DNA of 59,164 nt, counting the filler. It is 9 parts of 9 records of this genome, joined end to end, with 100 filler letters (N's around TTAATTAATTAA, not from the genome) between each part and the next. Parts side by side here need not be neighbours in the genome. Positions count along the whole stretch, not along the records: positions 22,743 to 30,472 come from SRR31156797_167687; positions 30,573 to 36,033 come from SRR31156797_168027; 7 more parts are not named here. One strand, given 5' to 3'. Below are positions 23,224 to 32,878 of the stretch, one piece after another; the first letter of the stretch is position 1; the number at the start of each line of letters is the position of its first letter. Below the pieces are notes generated by a model. That model searched no databases. It saw nothing but the letters and a program-made list of their open reading frames with translations, and was not told the origin of the DNA. Both the position numbers and the translations under genes were made by a program.

Positions 23224-23964
23224 ATGAAAGCGATGACCGAAACGCCCGCGCCGACGGTGCAAAAACGCCCTATTTCTTGGCGGGTGTTGCCGCTGATCGT
23301 TCTTGCCCTGGGCGCAGCAGTTTTTTTCGGATTCGGACTTCATGAGTATCTGAGCTTCGATTCCCTTCGGGCGAACCGAAACGAACTGACGCGATGGGTC
23401 GACGCCAATACGGTCCTTGCGATTGCCGCCTTCATCATCGCTTACGGTGCAACGACTGTGTTCATTCCCCCTTCGGGAACGATCATGACCGTCATGGGCG
23501 GGTTCGTATTCGGTGCCGTTGCCGGAACGGCTTACGTGGTTTTCGGGGCAACCTTGGGTGCGACGGGGCTCTTTCTCGCTGCCAAGCTGGCCTTCGGCGA
23601 CACCCTGCGGGCACGTGCCGGCGCCGGTATAAGAAAAATGGAAGCCGGTTTCCGAGATAACGAGATGAGCTATATGCTGGTCCTGCGACTCGTGCCCCTG
23701 TTTCCCTTCTGGCTGGTCAATCTGGCGCCGGCTTTCCTCGGTGTTGGATTGCGGACCTACGTTATCGGAACGTTTTTCGGCATTATCCCGGGAACCGCCG
23801 TGTATGCGACATTCGGCGCCGGCCTTGGCAGCATATTCGATTCGGGCGAAGAACTCTCGATCGGCGGGGTCATGACCCCCGAGATCATCATCGGGCTTGT
23901 CGGCCTGGCATTGCTTGCCATGGTCCCGGTCATTTACAAACGCATCAAAACCAAAAAAGCCTAG
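23224..23964 (+). CDS. TVP38/TMEM64 (DedA/VTT) family membrane protein
   Basis: GGFVFG...GATLGA...LRLVPLFPFWLVNLAPA...TFFGIIPGT. Confidence 0.92.
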   Translation: MKAMTETPAPTVQKRPISWRVLPLIVLALGAAVFFGFGLHEYLSFDSLRANRNELTRWVDANTVLAIAAFIIAYGATTVFIPPSGTIMTVMGGFVFGAVAGTAYVVFGATLGATGLFLAAKLAFGDTLRARAGAGIRKMEAGFRDNEMSYMLVLRLVPLFPFWLVNLAPAFLGVGLRTYVIGTFFGIIPGTAVYATFGAGLGSIFDSGEELSIGGVMTPEIIIGLVGLALLAMVPVIYKRIKTKKA

Positions 23965-24008
23965 TACCCGCGGCCACGGAAATTTCTACGCGGATAGGGA
24001 GGGAAGCC

Positions 24009-25445
24009 ATGTCGCAACTGGTTAAAACCGACATTTGCGTGATCGGGGCCGGGTCCGGAGGGCTTTCGGTCGCGGCCGGCGCATCTCAGATGGGCGCGTC
24101 TACCGTCTTGATCGAAAAAGGTAAAATGGGCGGCGACTGCTTGAACTACGGCTGTGTGCCTTCGAAGGCGTTGCTGGCCGCCGGGCATGCCGCGGAAGCC
24201 GTACGCAATGCCAAGAGGTTCGGTATCGACGCCGGCCAACCCCGGATCGATTCAAATCGTGTCTACGCGCACGTCCATGGCACCATCGCCGCCATCGCGC
24301 CGAATGATTCGGTCGAGCGCTTTGAAGGGTTGGGCGTCAAGGTGGTTCAGGACTCAGCCCGGTTCACCGGTCCGGCCGAGGTGGCGGCCGGCGATTTGCG
24401 TATTCGGGCGCGACGGTTCGTCATCGCCACCGGATCTTCGCCGATGGTGCCGCCGATCGAGAGTTTAAGCGAGACGCCCCATTACACCAACGAAACCGTC
24501 TTCGACGGAGATGCGGGCCTTCCCGAACACCTGATCGTCATCGGCGGCGGCCCCATCGGCATGGAAATGGCCCAGGCACACCGGCAGCTGGGCTGCCGCG
24601 TGACCGTGCTCGAGATGTTCAGGATTATGCCGAAGGACGATCCCGAGCTGGTCTCGATCCTGCGTGATGCATTGTCCGAAGAAGGGATGGATATCCGCGA
24701 AGGGGTAAAAGTTGTCGCCACGGAGAAGACCGGTGCCGGCGTTTCGGTTCGCATCGAAGGCGACGGGGGAAAAGCTGAAACGATCGAAGGATCGCACCTG
24801 CTGATTGCCGCCGGCCGTCGTCCGAATGTCGATGGTCTGGGGCTCGATGATGCCGGTGTTGTTTATTCGCCGAAGGGAATCGAAGTCGATTCCCGCCTGC
24901 GCACCACAAACAAACGCATTTTTGCCATCGGTGACGTTGCCGGCGGGTTCCAGTTCACACACATGGCCGGTTACCATGCCGGTATCGTCATCAGAAATGC
25001 GCTGTTCCGGCTTCCGGCAAAGGTCGACACGCGCGCCGTTCCGTGGGTGACATACACGTCACCGGAACTCGCTCAGGTCGGATTGACCGAAGCCGAGGCG
25101 CGTAAAAAAGTCGCCGAGGCGGATTTGCGGATTCTTCGTTGGTCGTACGCGGAAAACGATCGTGCCCAGGCGGAAGCCACCATCGATGGTTTGATAAAGG
25201 TGATCGCTGATCGACGGGGCCGGATTTTCGGGGCGGGCATCGTCGGCCCGGCTGCCGGTGAATCCATTCAGACGTGGATTCTGGCCATTTCGAACGGGAT
25301 CAAGGTTGGCGCCTTGGCCGGCATGATCGCGCCCTATCCGACCCTGGGCGAAGTCAGCAAGCGGGCCGCCGGCAGTTTCTATACGCCCAGCCTGTTCAGC
25401 GAACGGACCCGGTGGATCGTGCGCTTTCTCGGCCGGTTCGGCTGA
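24009..25445 (+). CDS. Class I pyridine nucleotide-disulfide oxidoreductase (MerA/LpdA-like)
   Basis: GAGSGG, GGDCLNYGCVPSK, GGGPIG.E, IFAIGDV, FTH.A, YPTLGE. Confidence 0.92.
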   Translation: MSQLVKTDICVIGAGSGGLSVAAGASQMGASTVLIEKGKMGGDCLNYGCVPSKALLAAGHAAEAVRNAKRFGIDAGQPRIDSNRVYAHVHGTIAAIAPNDSVERFEGLGVKVVQDSARFTGPAEVAAGDLRIRARRFVIATGSSPMVPPIESLSETPHYTNETVFDGDAGLPEHLIVIGGGPIGMEMAQAHRQLGCRVTVLEMFRIMPKDDPELVSILRDALSEEGMDIREGVKVVATEKTGAGVSVRIEGDGGKAETIEGSHLLIAAGRRPNVDGLGLDDAGVVYSPKGIEVDSRLRTTNKRIFAIGDVAGGFQFTHMAGYHAGIVIRNALFRLPAKVDTRAVPWVTYTSPELAQVGLTEAEARKKVAEADLRILRWSYAENDRAQAEATIDGLIKVIADRRGRIFGAGIVGPAAGESIQTWILAISNGIKVGALAGMIAPYPTLGEVSKRAAGSFYTPSLFSERTRWIVRFLGRFG

Positions 25446-25510
25446 GACCGCGAGCATCCGGGAGCAGACGGGTCTAGGTCGCGGAATCGGGCTGGTGTAG
25501 AGTTTTCACC

Positions 25511-26938
25511 ATGACTGGACCGGAACCCAACGGTAATTCCATCGGCATCGGCCTTTCGGCACGGCTGCTTCTTTTGACGATCGGCTTCGTGATGATTGCC
25601 GAATTCCTGATCTATGCGCCGTCGATCTCTCGTTTTCGGAAAGTCTATCTGGACGAGATGATCGCCCAGGCCCACCTCGCCGCCTTGGCGCTTGAAGCGA
25701 CGGCGGATGCCATGGTCAGCGAAGACCTGGAAAACGAACTTCTTTTTCACGCCGGGGCTTACGCAATAGTTCTGAACCGTGCCGAAAAGCGCCTGCTGGC
25801 GCTAAGCAAGGACATGCCGCCCAAGGTCGATGCTGTGTTGGACATGCGCGACATGGCCATGACGAATTGGCTCCCGGAAGCTTTCGAGACTCTGTTCCGG
25901 CAGAAAAATCGGGTCTTGCGGGTTATTTCGGCGTCGCCAAAGGTTCCGGGCGTCGTCGTCGAGGTCGTCATGGACGAAGCGCCCCTGCGCGAAGCGATGT
26001 ACGAATACTCGACCCGCATTCTTGAACTGTCGGTGGTCATTTCGCTGATTACCGCAGGCGCGGTTTATCTAAGCCTGCAACTGCTTCTCGTCCGGCCGAT
26101 GCGGCGGATTACACGAAGCATGGCTAAATTCCAGGAAGACCCCGAAGACGTATCGCGAATCATCGTTCCCGGCAGTCGAAACGACGAGATGGGCAGGGCC
26201 GAGCAACAGTTGGCGGTCATGCAACGTGATTTGCATGCCGCGTTGCACCAGAAAACCCGGTTGGCGGCGCTGGGTGCCGCCGTTGCCAAGATCAATCACG
26301 ACCTTCGCAACAGCTTGTCGACGGCGATGCTGGTGCATGACCGCCTGGCCGATATCGACGATCCCGACGTCAAGCAGGTGACGCCGCGCCTTTTCAACGC
26401 CATCGATCACGCCGTCAATCTGTGCAGTCAGACCCTGAACTATGTCGGTGATGGGGGATCACAAGTCGACAAGTTTCTGGTCAATCTGCATTCGCTGGTG
26501 CTCGAGGTCGAGGACATGCTGCGCATGTTTTGCGAGGGCGATCCCAAGAATCAGGCAATCAGCGATCTGAAGTGGCGCAATCGGATCGACCCATCGTTCG
26601 AACTTGAAGCGGATGGCGCCCAGTTGATGCGCGTGTTCGAGAACCTGGCGCGAAATTCGGCCCAGGCCGGTGCCAAGGAATTCGCCATCTCCGCTGCCCT
26701 CGAAGGCCAAAGTGTGGTCATCGATGTCGCCGATGACGGCCCCGGCCTGCCGGAAAACGCCCAAAAAAAAATATTTCAGCCCTTTGCCGGTTCGACCCGC
26801 GCCGGCGGCACCGGTCTCGGCCTCGTCATCGTTCGCGAGATTCTGCGCGGTCACGGCGGTGATGTCGAACTGGCGAAATCGGACGCTTCCGGCGCGACTT
26901 TCCATATCAAAATTCCGGTGGGCGATATCCATTCGTAA
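25511..26938 (+). CDS. Membrane sensor histidine kinase (HAMP-HisKA-HATPase)
   Basis: Two TMs, H-box INHDLRNSL, N-box NLARNS, DDGPG, GTGLGL. Confidence 0.93.
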   Translation: MTGPEPNGNSIGIGLSARLLLLTIGFVMIAEFLIYAPSISRFRKVYLDEMIAQAHLAALALEATADAMVSEDLENELLFHAGAYAIVLNRAEKRLLALSKDMPPKVDAVLDMRDMAMTNWLPEAFETLFRQKNRVLRVISASPKVPGVVVEVVMDEAPLREAMYEYSTRILELSVVISLITAGAVYLSLQLLLVRPMRRITRSMAKFQEDPEDVSRIIVPGSRNDEMGRAEQQLAVMQRDLHAALHQKTRLAALGAAVAKINHDLRNSLSTAMLVHDRLADIDDPDVKQVTPRLFNAIDHAVNLCSQTLNYVGDGGSQVDKFLVNLHSLVLEVEDMLRMFCEGDPKNQAISDLKWRNRIDPSFELEADGAQLMRVFENLARNSAQAGAKEFAISAALEGQSVVIDVADDGPGLPENAQKKIFQPFAGSTRAGGTGLGLVIVREILRGHGGDVELAKSDASGATFHIKIPVGDIHS

Positions 26939-27140
26939 CCTTTCGTAACGGCGCCTGATCACTGAAACGTTCGGTTACAATTTCGCCGGAATGCCGAAAT
27001 CATCCTGCAAAACAGGCGTGTTTACCTGTTCCCGAATGCGGGGGCCATCCGACCGGGCAATTGGCCGGATCCCTTCTCCGAAACTAACCCGCCGACGGAT
27101 CGGCGGATTGGTCCCGAAACTGGGGCCGTGGAGAGGAAAA

Positions 27141-28049
27141 ATGGAATCAAAAAAACTGAACTTACGCTCAATGACAACCTTTCTGGTATCGGCCGCTTTT
27201 CTCCTGTCCGCGGTGACCGGGATTGTGCTGTACATCGTTCCCCAGGGGCGCATCGCCAACTGGGTGGATTGGCAACTGATCGGTCTTCTGAAGGACGAAT
27301 GGGCGCAGATTCATATCGTCTTCGGCCTGCTGTTTCTGGTCTTCGGTATCATCCACCTTTATCCCTACAACTGGCCAACCTTTAAGGCTTATCTGGCCAA
27401 TCGCACGAAAGGGCGGCTCGACTATAAACGACCGAAGAAGGAAATCGTTTTCGCTTCGATCATCGCGGTGCTGCTGGTCGCCGGTTCGATAACCAAAGTA
27501 CCGCCCATTTCCTATCTGTTCGATCTCAATGACTGGGCCAAGGATGCATGGGTTATCAGTGCCGAATACGAGCCGCCGTTCGGCCATGCCGAAGAGTTCT
27601 CGCTGTCCGGTTTTGCCAAGAAGATGAAAATGGAACTGCAGCCGGCGGTGGCGGAACTGCGCGACAACGGCCTCGAATTCGAAAGCGCCAAGCAAAGCAT
27701 CGGGGAAATCGCCAGGGCCAACGGTGTCAGCGCTATGGACGTTTATCTGTTGGTCAAGAAATTCGAAAAACAGCCTGAGCCCGTCACCCTTGCGGCCTAC
27801 ACGTTCGAATCGGTTGAAGAAATGTTCTCCGGAAAGGGCGTCGGGCAGAAAAAGCTCGGGGATCTCGCTAAGGAAATCGGTTTCTCACTGGTCGATGCAA
27901 AAGCGCGGATCGCCGCCGCCGGTTTCCAGGCCGAGGATGGCCACGCCACGAAAGAAATCGCTGCGGGGCTGAAAGTCACGCCCATCGACGTTCTCAAATT
28001 GATCCTGGTTGGACCGCAATCCGAAGACGCGGCCTGCACAGTTTGCTGA
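27141..28049 (+). CDS. DUF4405-like membrane protein, copy 1
   Basis: Start MESKK at 27141 after GAGAGG; TGIVLYIVPQGRIANW...W..IH...IHL..NW. Confidence 0.75.
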   Translation: MESKKLNLRSMTTFLVSAAFLLSAVTGIVLYIVPQGRIANWVDWQLIGLLKDEWAQIHIVFGLLFLVFGIIHLYPYNWPTFKAYLANRTKGRLDYKRPKKEIVFASIIAVLLVAGSITKVPPISYLFDLNDWAKDAWVISAEYEPPFGHAEEFSLSGFAKKMKMELQPAVAELRDNGLEFESAKQSIGEIARANGVSAMDVYLLVKKFEKQPEPVTLAAYTFESVEEMFSGKGVGQKKLGDLAKEIGFSLVDAKARIAAAGFQAEDGHATKEIAAGLKVTPIDVLKLILVGPQSEDAACTVC

Positions 28050-28061
28050 GGAGTAGCTGCT

Positions 28062-28862
28062 ATGAATTCGCGGGGGTTCTATATGCGCAGCCTGATCACC
28101 TTTCTGATGGCGACGGGCTTTATGGTCGCCACGGTGACCGGCATCGTACTTTACTTTACGCCAAAAGGCAGCATCGCCAACTGGACCGGATGGGCCTTGG
28201 GCGGCCTCGACAAGGAAGCCTGGGGTGATGTCCACATCGTGACCGGTATCATGTTTATCGTTGCCGGACTTGTGCATCTTTATTTCAACTGGAAACCGCT
28301 GAAAAACTACATCTACTCGAAGGCTTCAAAGGGTCTGAACCGGCGCTCCGAAATGTTGACTGCTTTGGCTCTCACCGGATTCATGGTGATCGGTTCCATT
28401 GAAGGGTGGCCTCCTGTCTCGTACATCCTCGAGTTCAACGAATGGGCCAAGACCGACCTTTGGGCGGACCAGGGGGCCTATAAAGGTGGTCAAGGGCGTT
28501 CGGCGCCGGTGGATTCCAGCCAGGAGCAACATCAAGAAGCATTGAACCGCGCCAAGGAAGGGATCGATGCCGCCCTGGCGGAGGCCGTCGCGAAGGTTGA
28601 CGGCGGTTCGCCGGTTTCATCGCAACCCGAGGACGTTTCGTCGGAACATGAAGAGCATGCCAGCGGGGCGGGCGGCGGCGGATTCGGGCGTATGACCCTG
28701 GCCGATCTTGCGGGCCGGTACGGTCTGGACTATCACCAAGTAACGGCACGGCTGGCGACGGAGGGAATCGTCTTTTCGGAAGGCGAGACCCTACGCGATA
28801 TCGCCTTGCGCGTCGGGATGACGCCGGGGGATCTCGGCACGCTCGTGAGGGAGGCCAAGTAG
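28062..28862 (+). CDS. DUF4405-like membrane protein, copy 2
   Basis: TGIVLYFTPKGSIANW...WGDVH...VHLYFNWK; clear paralogue of the upstream gene. Confidence 0.75.
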   Translation: MNSRGFYMRSLITFLMATGFMVATVTGIVLYFTPKGSIANWTGWALGGLDKEAWGDVHIVTGIMFIVAGLVHLYFNWKPLKNYIYSKASKGLNRRSEMLTALALTGFMVIGSIEGWPPVSYILEFNEWAKTDLWADQGAYKGGQGRSAPVDSSQEQHQEALNRAKEGIDAALAEAVAKVDGGSPVSSQPEDVSSEHEEHASGAGGGGFGRMTLADLAGRYGLDYHQVTARLATEGIVFSEGETLRDIALRVGMTPGDLGTLVREAK

Positions 28863-28897
28863 CCCGCACGGGCCAAAACAGGGGAGAGGCACGTGCC

Positions 28898-29674
28898 ATG
28901 CCCGAGTGGAACGCCGCGCAATACCTGAAATTCGGATCCGAGCGATTGCGACCGGCCGTCGATCTGATCGGGCGCATTTCGCTGGAAGCTCCGAAAACGG
29001 TCGTCGACCTGGGGTGCGGGACCGGCAATGTCACCCGGATTTTGGCGGCGCGCTGGCCGGATGCCGATGTGATCGGGATCGATTCTTCGGCGTCGATGCT
29101 TGAAAAAGCGAACAGCGGAACGGACGCCGCGATCGGATGGATCGAGGCGGATCTTGCCGAATGGCGTCCCGGAAAACCCGTCGATTTAGTTTTTTCCAAC
29201 GCCGCGCTTCATTGGCTTGGCGATCACGAAACCCTGTTCCCGGCTCTACTTTCGTGTGTTGCCAAGGACGGTGTTTTGGCCGTTCAGATGCCCCGCAATC
29301 ACAGCGCCCCAGCCTTTACCGCAATGTATGACATTGCCCGCGACGGGCAGTGGGCGGATCGTCTTGAACCGCTCCTCAGGACATCACCGGTGGCGCCGCC
29401 GGAAAGCTACTATTCGATTCTTTCCTCCCTTGGTGCTCGGATTGAGCTATGGGAGACCGTCTATTATCAGGTTCTGAGCGGGCGCGATCCGGTCGTCGAA
29501 TTCGGCAAGGGAACGGTGTTGCGGCCCCTCCTTGCGGCTTTGGACGAAGATGAGGAGGATCGGTTTCTGGACCTCTATGCGGCTCGAATGGCCGAAGCCT
29601 ATCCACCGCGCAAGGACGGGAAAACAATATATCCGTTTCGACGGCTCTTTTTGATGGTATCGCCTGGGCGTTGA
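28898..29674 (+). CDS. tam: Trans-aconitate 2-methyltransferase
   Basis: WNAAQYLKF..ERLRPAVDL, DLGCGTGN, NAALHW, LAVQMP.N, YPFRRLF. Confidence 0.9.
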   Translation: MPEWNAAQYLKFGSERLRPAVDLIGRISLEAPKTVVDLGCGTGNVTRILAARWPDADVIGIDSSASMLEKANSGTDAAIGWIEADLAEWRPGKPVDLVFSNAALHWLGDHETLFPALLSCVAKDGVLAVQMPRNHSAPAFTAMYDIARDGQWADRLEPLLRTSPVAPPESYYSILSSLGARIELWETVYYQVLSGRDPVVEFGKGTVLRPLLAALDEDEEDRFLDLYAARMAEAYPPRKDGKTIYPFRRLFLMVSPGR

Positions 29675-29772
29675 GTTCCCATTGATCTCGTACAATTGAA
29701 AATGTCGGAGATGGCGCCACGCAAGTGTTGCCGCTATGGTAGGCGCGATGACAAAAAGGAATTGGTAAGCAT

Positions 29773-30472
29773 ATGCGTTACTTGGCGCCGGCTTTGGCGT
29801 TTTTTTTCGTTCTGGCAGTGGCTTCTGTTCCGACAGTGGCGGCCCCTAAAGCCGAGCTTTGGGGGCGCTGGATGACTCAGGATCCGGCCTCGAAGCAATC
29901 TGTCGATCATTCTGTCTGGGACGGTTTTCTGAAGGCCTATGTCCGGGTCGACGGTGACGGCATAAATCGCGTTGCCTACGGCCGCGTCACCGATGTCGAT
30001 CGCAAGGCACTGGATGCCTATTTGTCGACCCTTGAAGCGCTGCCGGTTTCGAAACTCAGCCGGGCCGAACAGCTTCCGTTCTGGATCAACCTATACAATG
30101 CCTTGACCCTGCGTTTGGTCCTTGAACGTTATCCCGTCGGCAGCATCCGCGAGATCGATATTTCGCCGGGGTTGTTTGCAGACGGTCCGTGGGGCAAGGA
30201 TCTGGTCATGATCGAGGGCGAGGCGATCAGCCTGGACGATATAGAACATCGGATCCTGCGGCCGATTTGGAAGGATCCGCGTATTCATTACGCGGTCAAC
30301 TGCGCCTCCATCGGTTGCCCCAATCTTCGCATCGAGGCCTTTAGCGCTAAAAACTCGGAAAAACTGCTTTCCGATTCGGCCAGAATCTACATCAACCATC
30401 CGCGCGGCGCCCGAATCGAGAATGGGAAACTAACGGTTTCCAGCATCTATAGGTGGTTCGCGGACGATTTTG
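29773..30472 (+). CDS. DUF547 domain exported protein (3' truncated)
   Basis: FWINLYNALT, SLDDIEHRILR, DPRIHYAVNCASIGCPNL. Confidence 0.9.
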
Positions 30473-30572
30473 NNNNNNNNNNNNNNNNNNNNNNNNNNNN
30501 NNNNNNNNNNNNNNNNTTAATTAATTAANNNNNNNNNNNNNNNNNNNNNNNNNNNNNNNNNNNNNNNNNNNN

Positions 30573-30605
30573 GTAAGCGTAGACTCCGGGTAAGCGTAGA
30601 CTTCC
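30573..30605 (+). repeat. Tandem GTAAGCGTAGACT motif (30573, 30590); near-identical copy at 35949
   Basis: GTAAGCGTAGACTCCGGGTAA at 30573 vs GTAAGCGCAGACTCCGGGTAA at 35949 (20/21). Confidence 0.75.
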
Positions 30606-30657
30606 TGAAAACAACGCCGATGTGGGATAGAAAGACTACCCCACAGGCTCCTTGGGC

Positions 30658-32364
30658 TCATCGTGTATAACCCTGTTCCTCCAGATACAGCATAATTTCC
30701 TGCACCGCCTCTGCCGGCGTAAGCTGGCTTGTGTCAATGGTCAACTCGGGATTCTCTGGAGCAATGTAAGGATCAGACACACCAGTTACGCCTTTGATTA
30801 TCCCCTTGCGGGCCTTGGCATAGAGCCCCTTCCTATCTCGTTGTTCACACACCTCAAGCGGTGTTGCCACATGCACTTCTATATAGCCGCCATAGCGGCT
30901 GATAAGCTCACGGTTGGCCGCACGCGGTGCCTCATAGGGGGCAATCGGTGCGCAAAGAGCAATTCCACCGTTTTTTGTTATTTCACTGGCCACAAAACCA
31001 ATACGAGTCACGTTGAGGTCACGGTGTTCTTTGGAAAAGGTCAGCTCAGATGACAGGTTTCTACGAACTATATCACCATCCAGCAACGTCACAGGGCGAT
31101 CCCGCATCTCCATAAAACGAACCATCAACACCTTGGCAATAGTGGATTTACCTGAACCGGAAAGCCCAGTTAGAAACACAGTGAACCCCTGACGGGAACG
31201 GGGAGGGAAGGCTTTTTGGAGTTCGCTGACGACATTAACATAAGAGTACCACTCAGGGATTGCCAGCCCCCACTCAAGCCTTCGTTTCAACTCTTCAGAG
31301 GTAATATTTTTAACAATTTGATCATCTTCAACATCTTCGAGAAAAACATATTGCGCCTTGTCTTCCACATATCCCATGGCCCGTTCAGGAACCATGGCAA
31401 TACCGGTCTCTTGCTCCATATCCTTGACCAGTTCCTGGGCAGCATACTTGGGATAAAAAAGTTCATTCCCGGAACCTGCAAAAGGGTCTCCATGATCATC
31501 AGCAACCATAAAGTGGCTGCAGCCGAAATTCTTACGGACCATGGCATGCCACAATGCCTCACGAGGCCCTGCAAAGCGTTCAGCCATAGGGGTAATACCA
31601 AGGGAGATCATGTTGGCTGGAAAATGCTGTACAAATTCCTGGTAACAATGAACCTGTGTGTAGTGATCTCTTCTCCCAGGATTCTCAAGCCCCACCACAG
31701 GATGGAGAAACAGACTAGCACCAATATCACGGGCGGCGGCCAGAACCATTTCACGGTGGGCACAATGCAAATACTCCCGGGCGTGAAAGCCCAGCACTCT
31801 TCGCCAGCCGTACTGTGTAAAACGACGATGAGTTTCAGAAGGAGTTATGCGCAGTTCCTGAAAATCATAGTGAATAGGCAAAGAAACACCTTCCACGCTC
31901 CCGCTGACGTACCAATTCTCAGTCTGTTGCAACAGCGATTTTACCCCGGGGTGCTGTTGAGCTTCGGTCGTGCCGTATATAGCTTCAGCCTCATGTGTTT
32001 TATCTGGCTGCCACACCTCACCAACCGTTATAATTGCAAGTAAAAAGCCTTCCATGTCATTGAGTGCAACTCTCTGACCACTGGTCAGCTTTTCAGCGAC
32101 AGCATCACCCACATCCAAACAAACGGGAATGGGCCAAATATCGCCGTTAGCAAGGCGCATCCCTTCAAGCACAGCATTGTAATCCTTTTGCCCCAGGTAA
32201 CCGTTTAAAGGATAAAAACCACGATTAAGCAGTAACTCAAGATCACACAACTGACGCATATTTAAGTCAATCGACAAGAGATCTACGGCTTCTTTACGCA
32301 GTTGCTCGGCTCTTCTAAAATGAACTATCAGGCTCTCGGAAAATTCAGACGATAAACTATCCAC
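30658..32364 (-). CDS. sat/cysC: Bifunctional sulfate adenylyltransferase / adenylylsulfate kinase fusion (sulfurylase motifs degenerate)
   Basis: CDLELLLNRGFYPL.GY, AGPREALWHA; APS kinase P-loop TGLSGSGKST, LLDGDIVR, RDRKGLY, TGVSDPY. Confidence 0.92.
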   Translation of the reverse strand: MDSLSSEFSESLIVHFRRAEQLRKEAVDLLSIDLNMRQLCDLELLLNRGFYPLNGYLGQKDYNAVLEGMRLANGDIWPIPVCLDVGDAVAEKLTSGQRVALNDMEGFLLAIITVGEVWQPDKTHEAEAIYGTTEAQQHPGVKSLLQQTENWYVSGSVEGVSLPIHYDFQELRITPSETHRRFTQYGWRRVLGFHAREYLHCAHREMVLAAARDIGASLFLHPVVGLENPGRRDHYTQVHCYQEFVQHFPANMISLGITPMAERFAGPREALWHAMVRKNFGCSHFMVADDHGDPFAGSGNELFYPKYAAQELVKDMEQETGIAMVPERAMGYVEDKAQYVFLEDVEDDQIVKNITSEELKRRLEWGLAIPEWYSYVNVVSELQKAFPPRSRQGFTVFLTGLSGSGKSTIAKVLMVRFMEMRDRPVTLLDGDIVRRNLSSELTFSKEHRDLNVTRIGFVASEITKNGGIALCAPIAPYEAPRAANRELISRYGGYIEVHVATPLEVCEQRDRKGLYAKARKGIIKGVTGVSDPYIAPENPELTIDTSQLTPAEAVQEIMLYLEEQGYTR

Positions 32365-32448
32365 AGCTCCTCCTTAACAAGGACATCATTATAATATATA
32401 AAACAAATCAGCTAGATAGACTAACAATTGATACTTAAAAATTGGTTT

Positions 32449-32875
32449 TCACAAATTACGGTAAACATCCTTTCTATGACCAACCTTGTAATCGTTCATC
32501 GGAACGTAGTAGGTAACCGTACACACCGGATCAGTAATCGTTCAACCAGTGCTCCAGGTTCGTTCAAGCAGGCCTTCATGCTATAGTTGACTATGCAAGG
32601 GGGCCTGATCGGACGAAAATGGGGTGCTGGCTGGACGATTACCCGACCTTTACAACCAAAATTGCTAAACGATCCTCATAGATTTCATAAATTATTCGAT
32701 AATTACCACATCTTACTTTATAAAAAACACTATTACCGCTCATTTTGGTGGTTACGGGGTCTGGCAAACTTGAACAAATTTCAACAATCTTGCTTTTAAT
32801 TTTTACCAAATCCTTCTTTGGAATATTTTTTACATTTTTCCAAACCGAGGGACGAAACTCTGCAGTGTATACCAC
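32449..32875 (-). pseudogene. RelE/ParE family toxin interrupted near its C-terminus by a 155-bp insertion
   Basis: ORF ends ...YRIIYEIYEDRLAILVVKVG*; the missing tail KVGHRKDVYRNL* is encoded at 32487-32449 beyond the insertion. Confidence 0.9.
32488..32642. mobile_element. Non-autonomous 155-bp MITE with IS66-like GTAA termini and an 8-bp target duplication
   Basis: Left end GTAATCGTTCA, right end TGGACGATTAC (rc GTAATCGTCCA); flanks CCAACCTT (32480-32487) and CCGACCTT (32643-32650). Confidence 0.85.
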
Positions 32876-32878
32876 TTT

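Noticed and set aside
24009-25445. Calling this gene merA
   Set aside because: No C-terminal Cys-Cys, no N-terminal metal-binding domain and no mer operon context.
32488-32570. Short spaced repeats as a mini-CRISPR or integron attC site
   Set aside because: Repeats are only about 11 nt with 10-14 nt gaps, there are no cas or integrase genes, and TIR plus target duplication explains them better.
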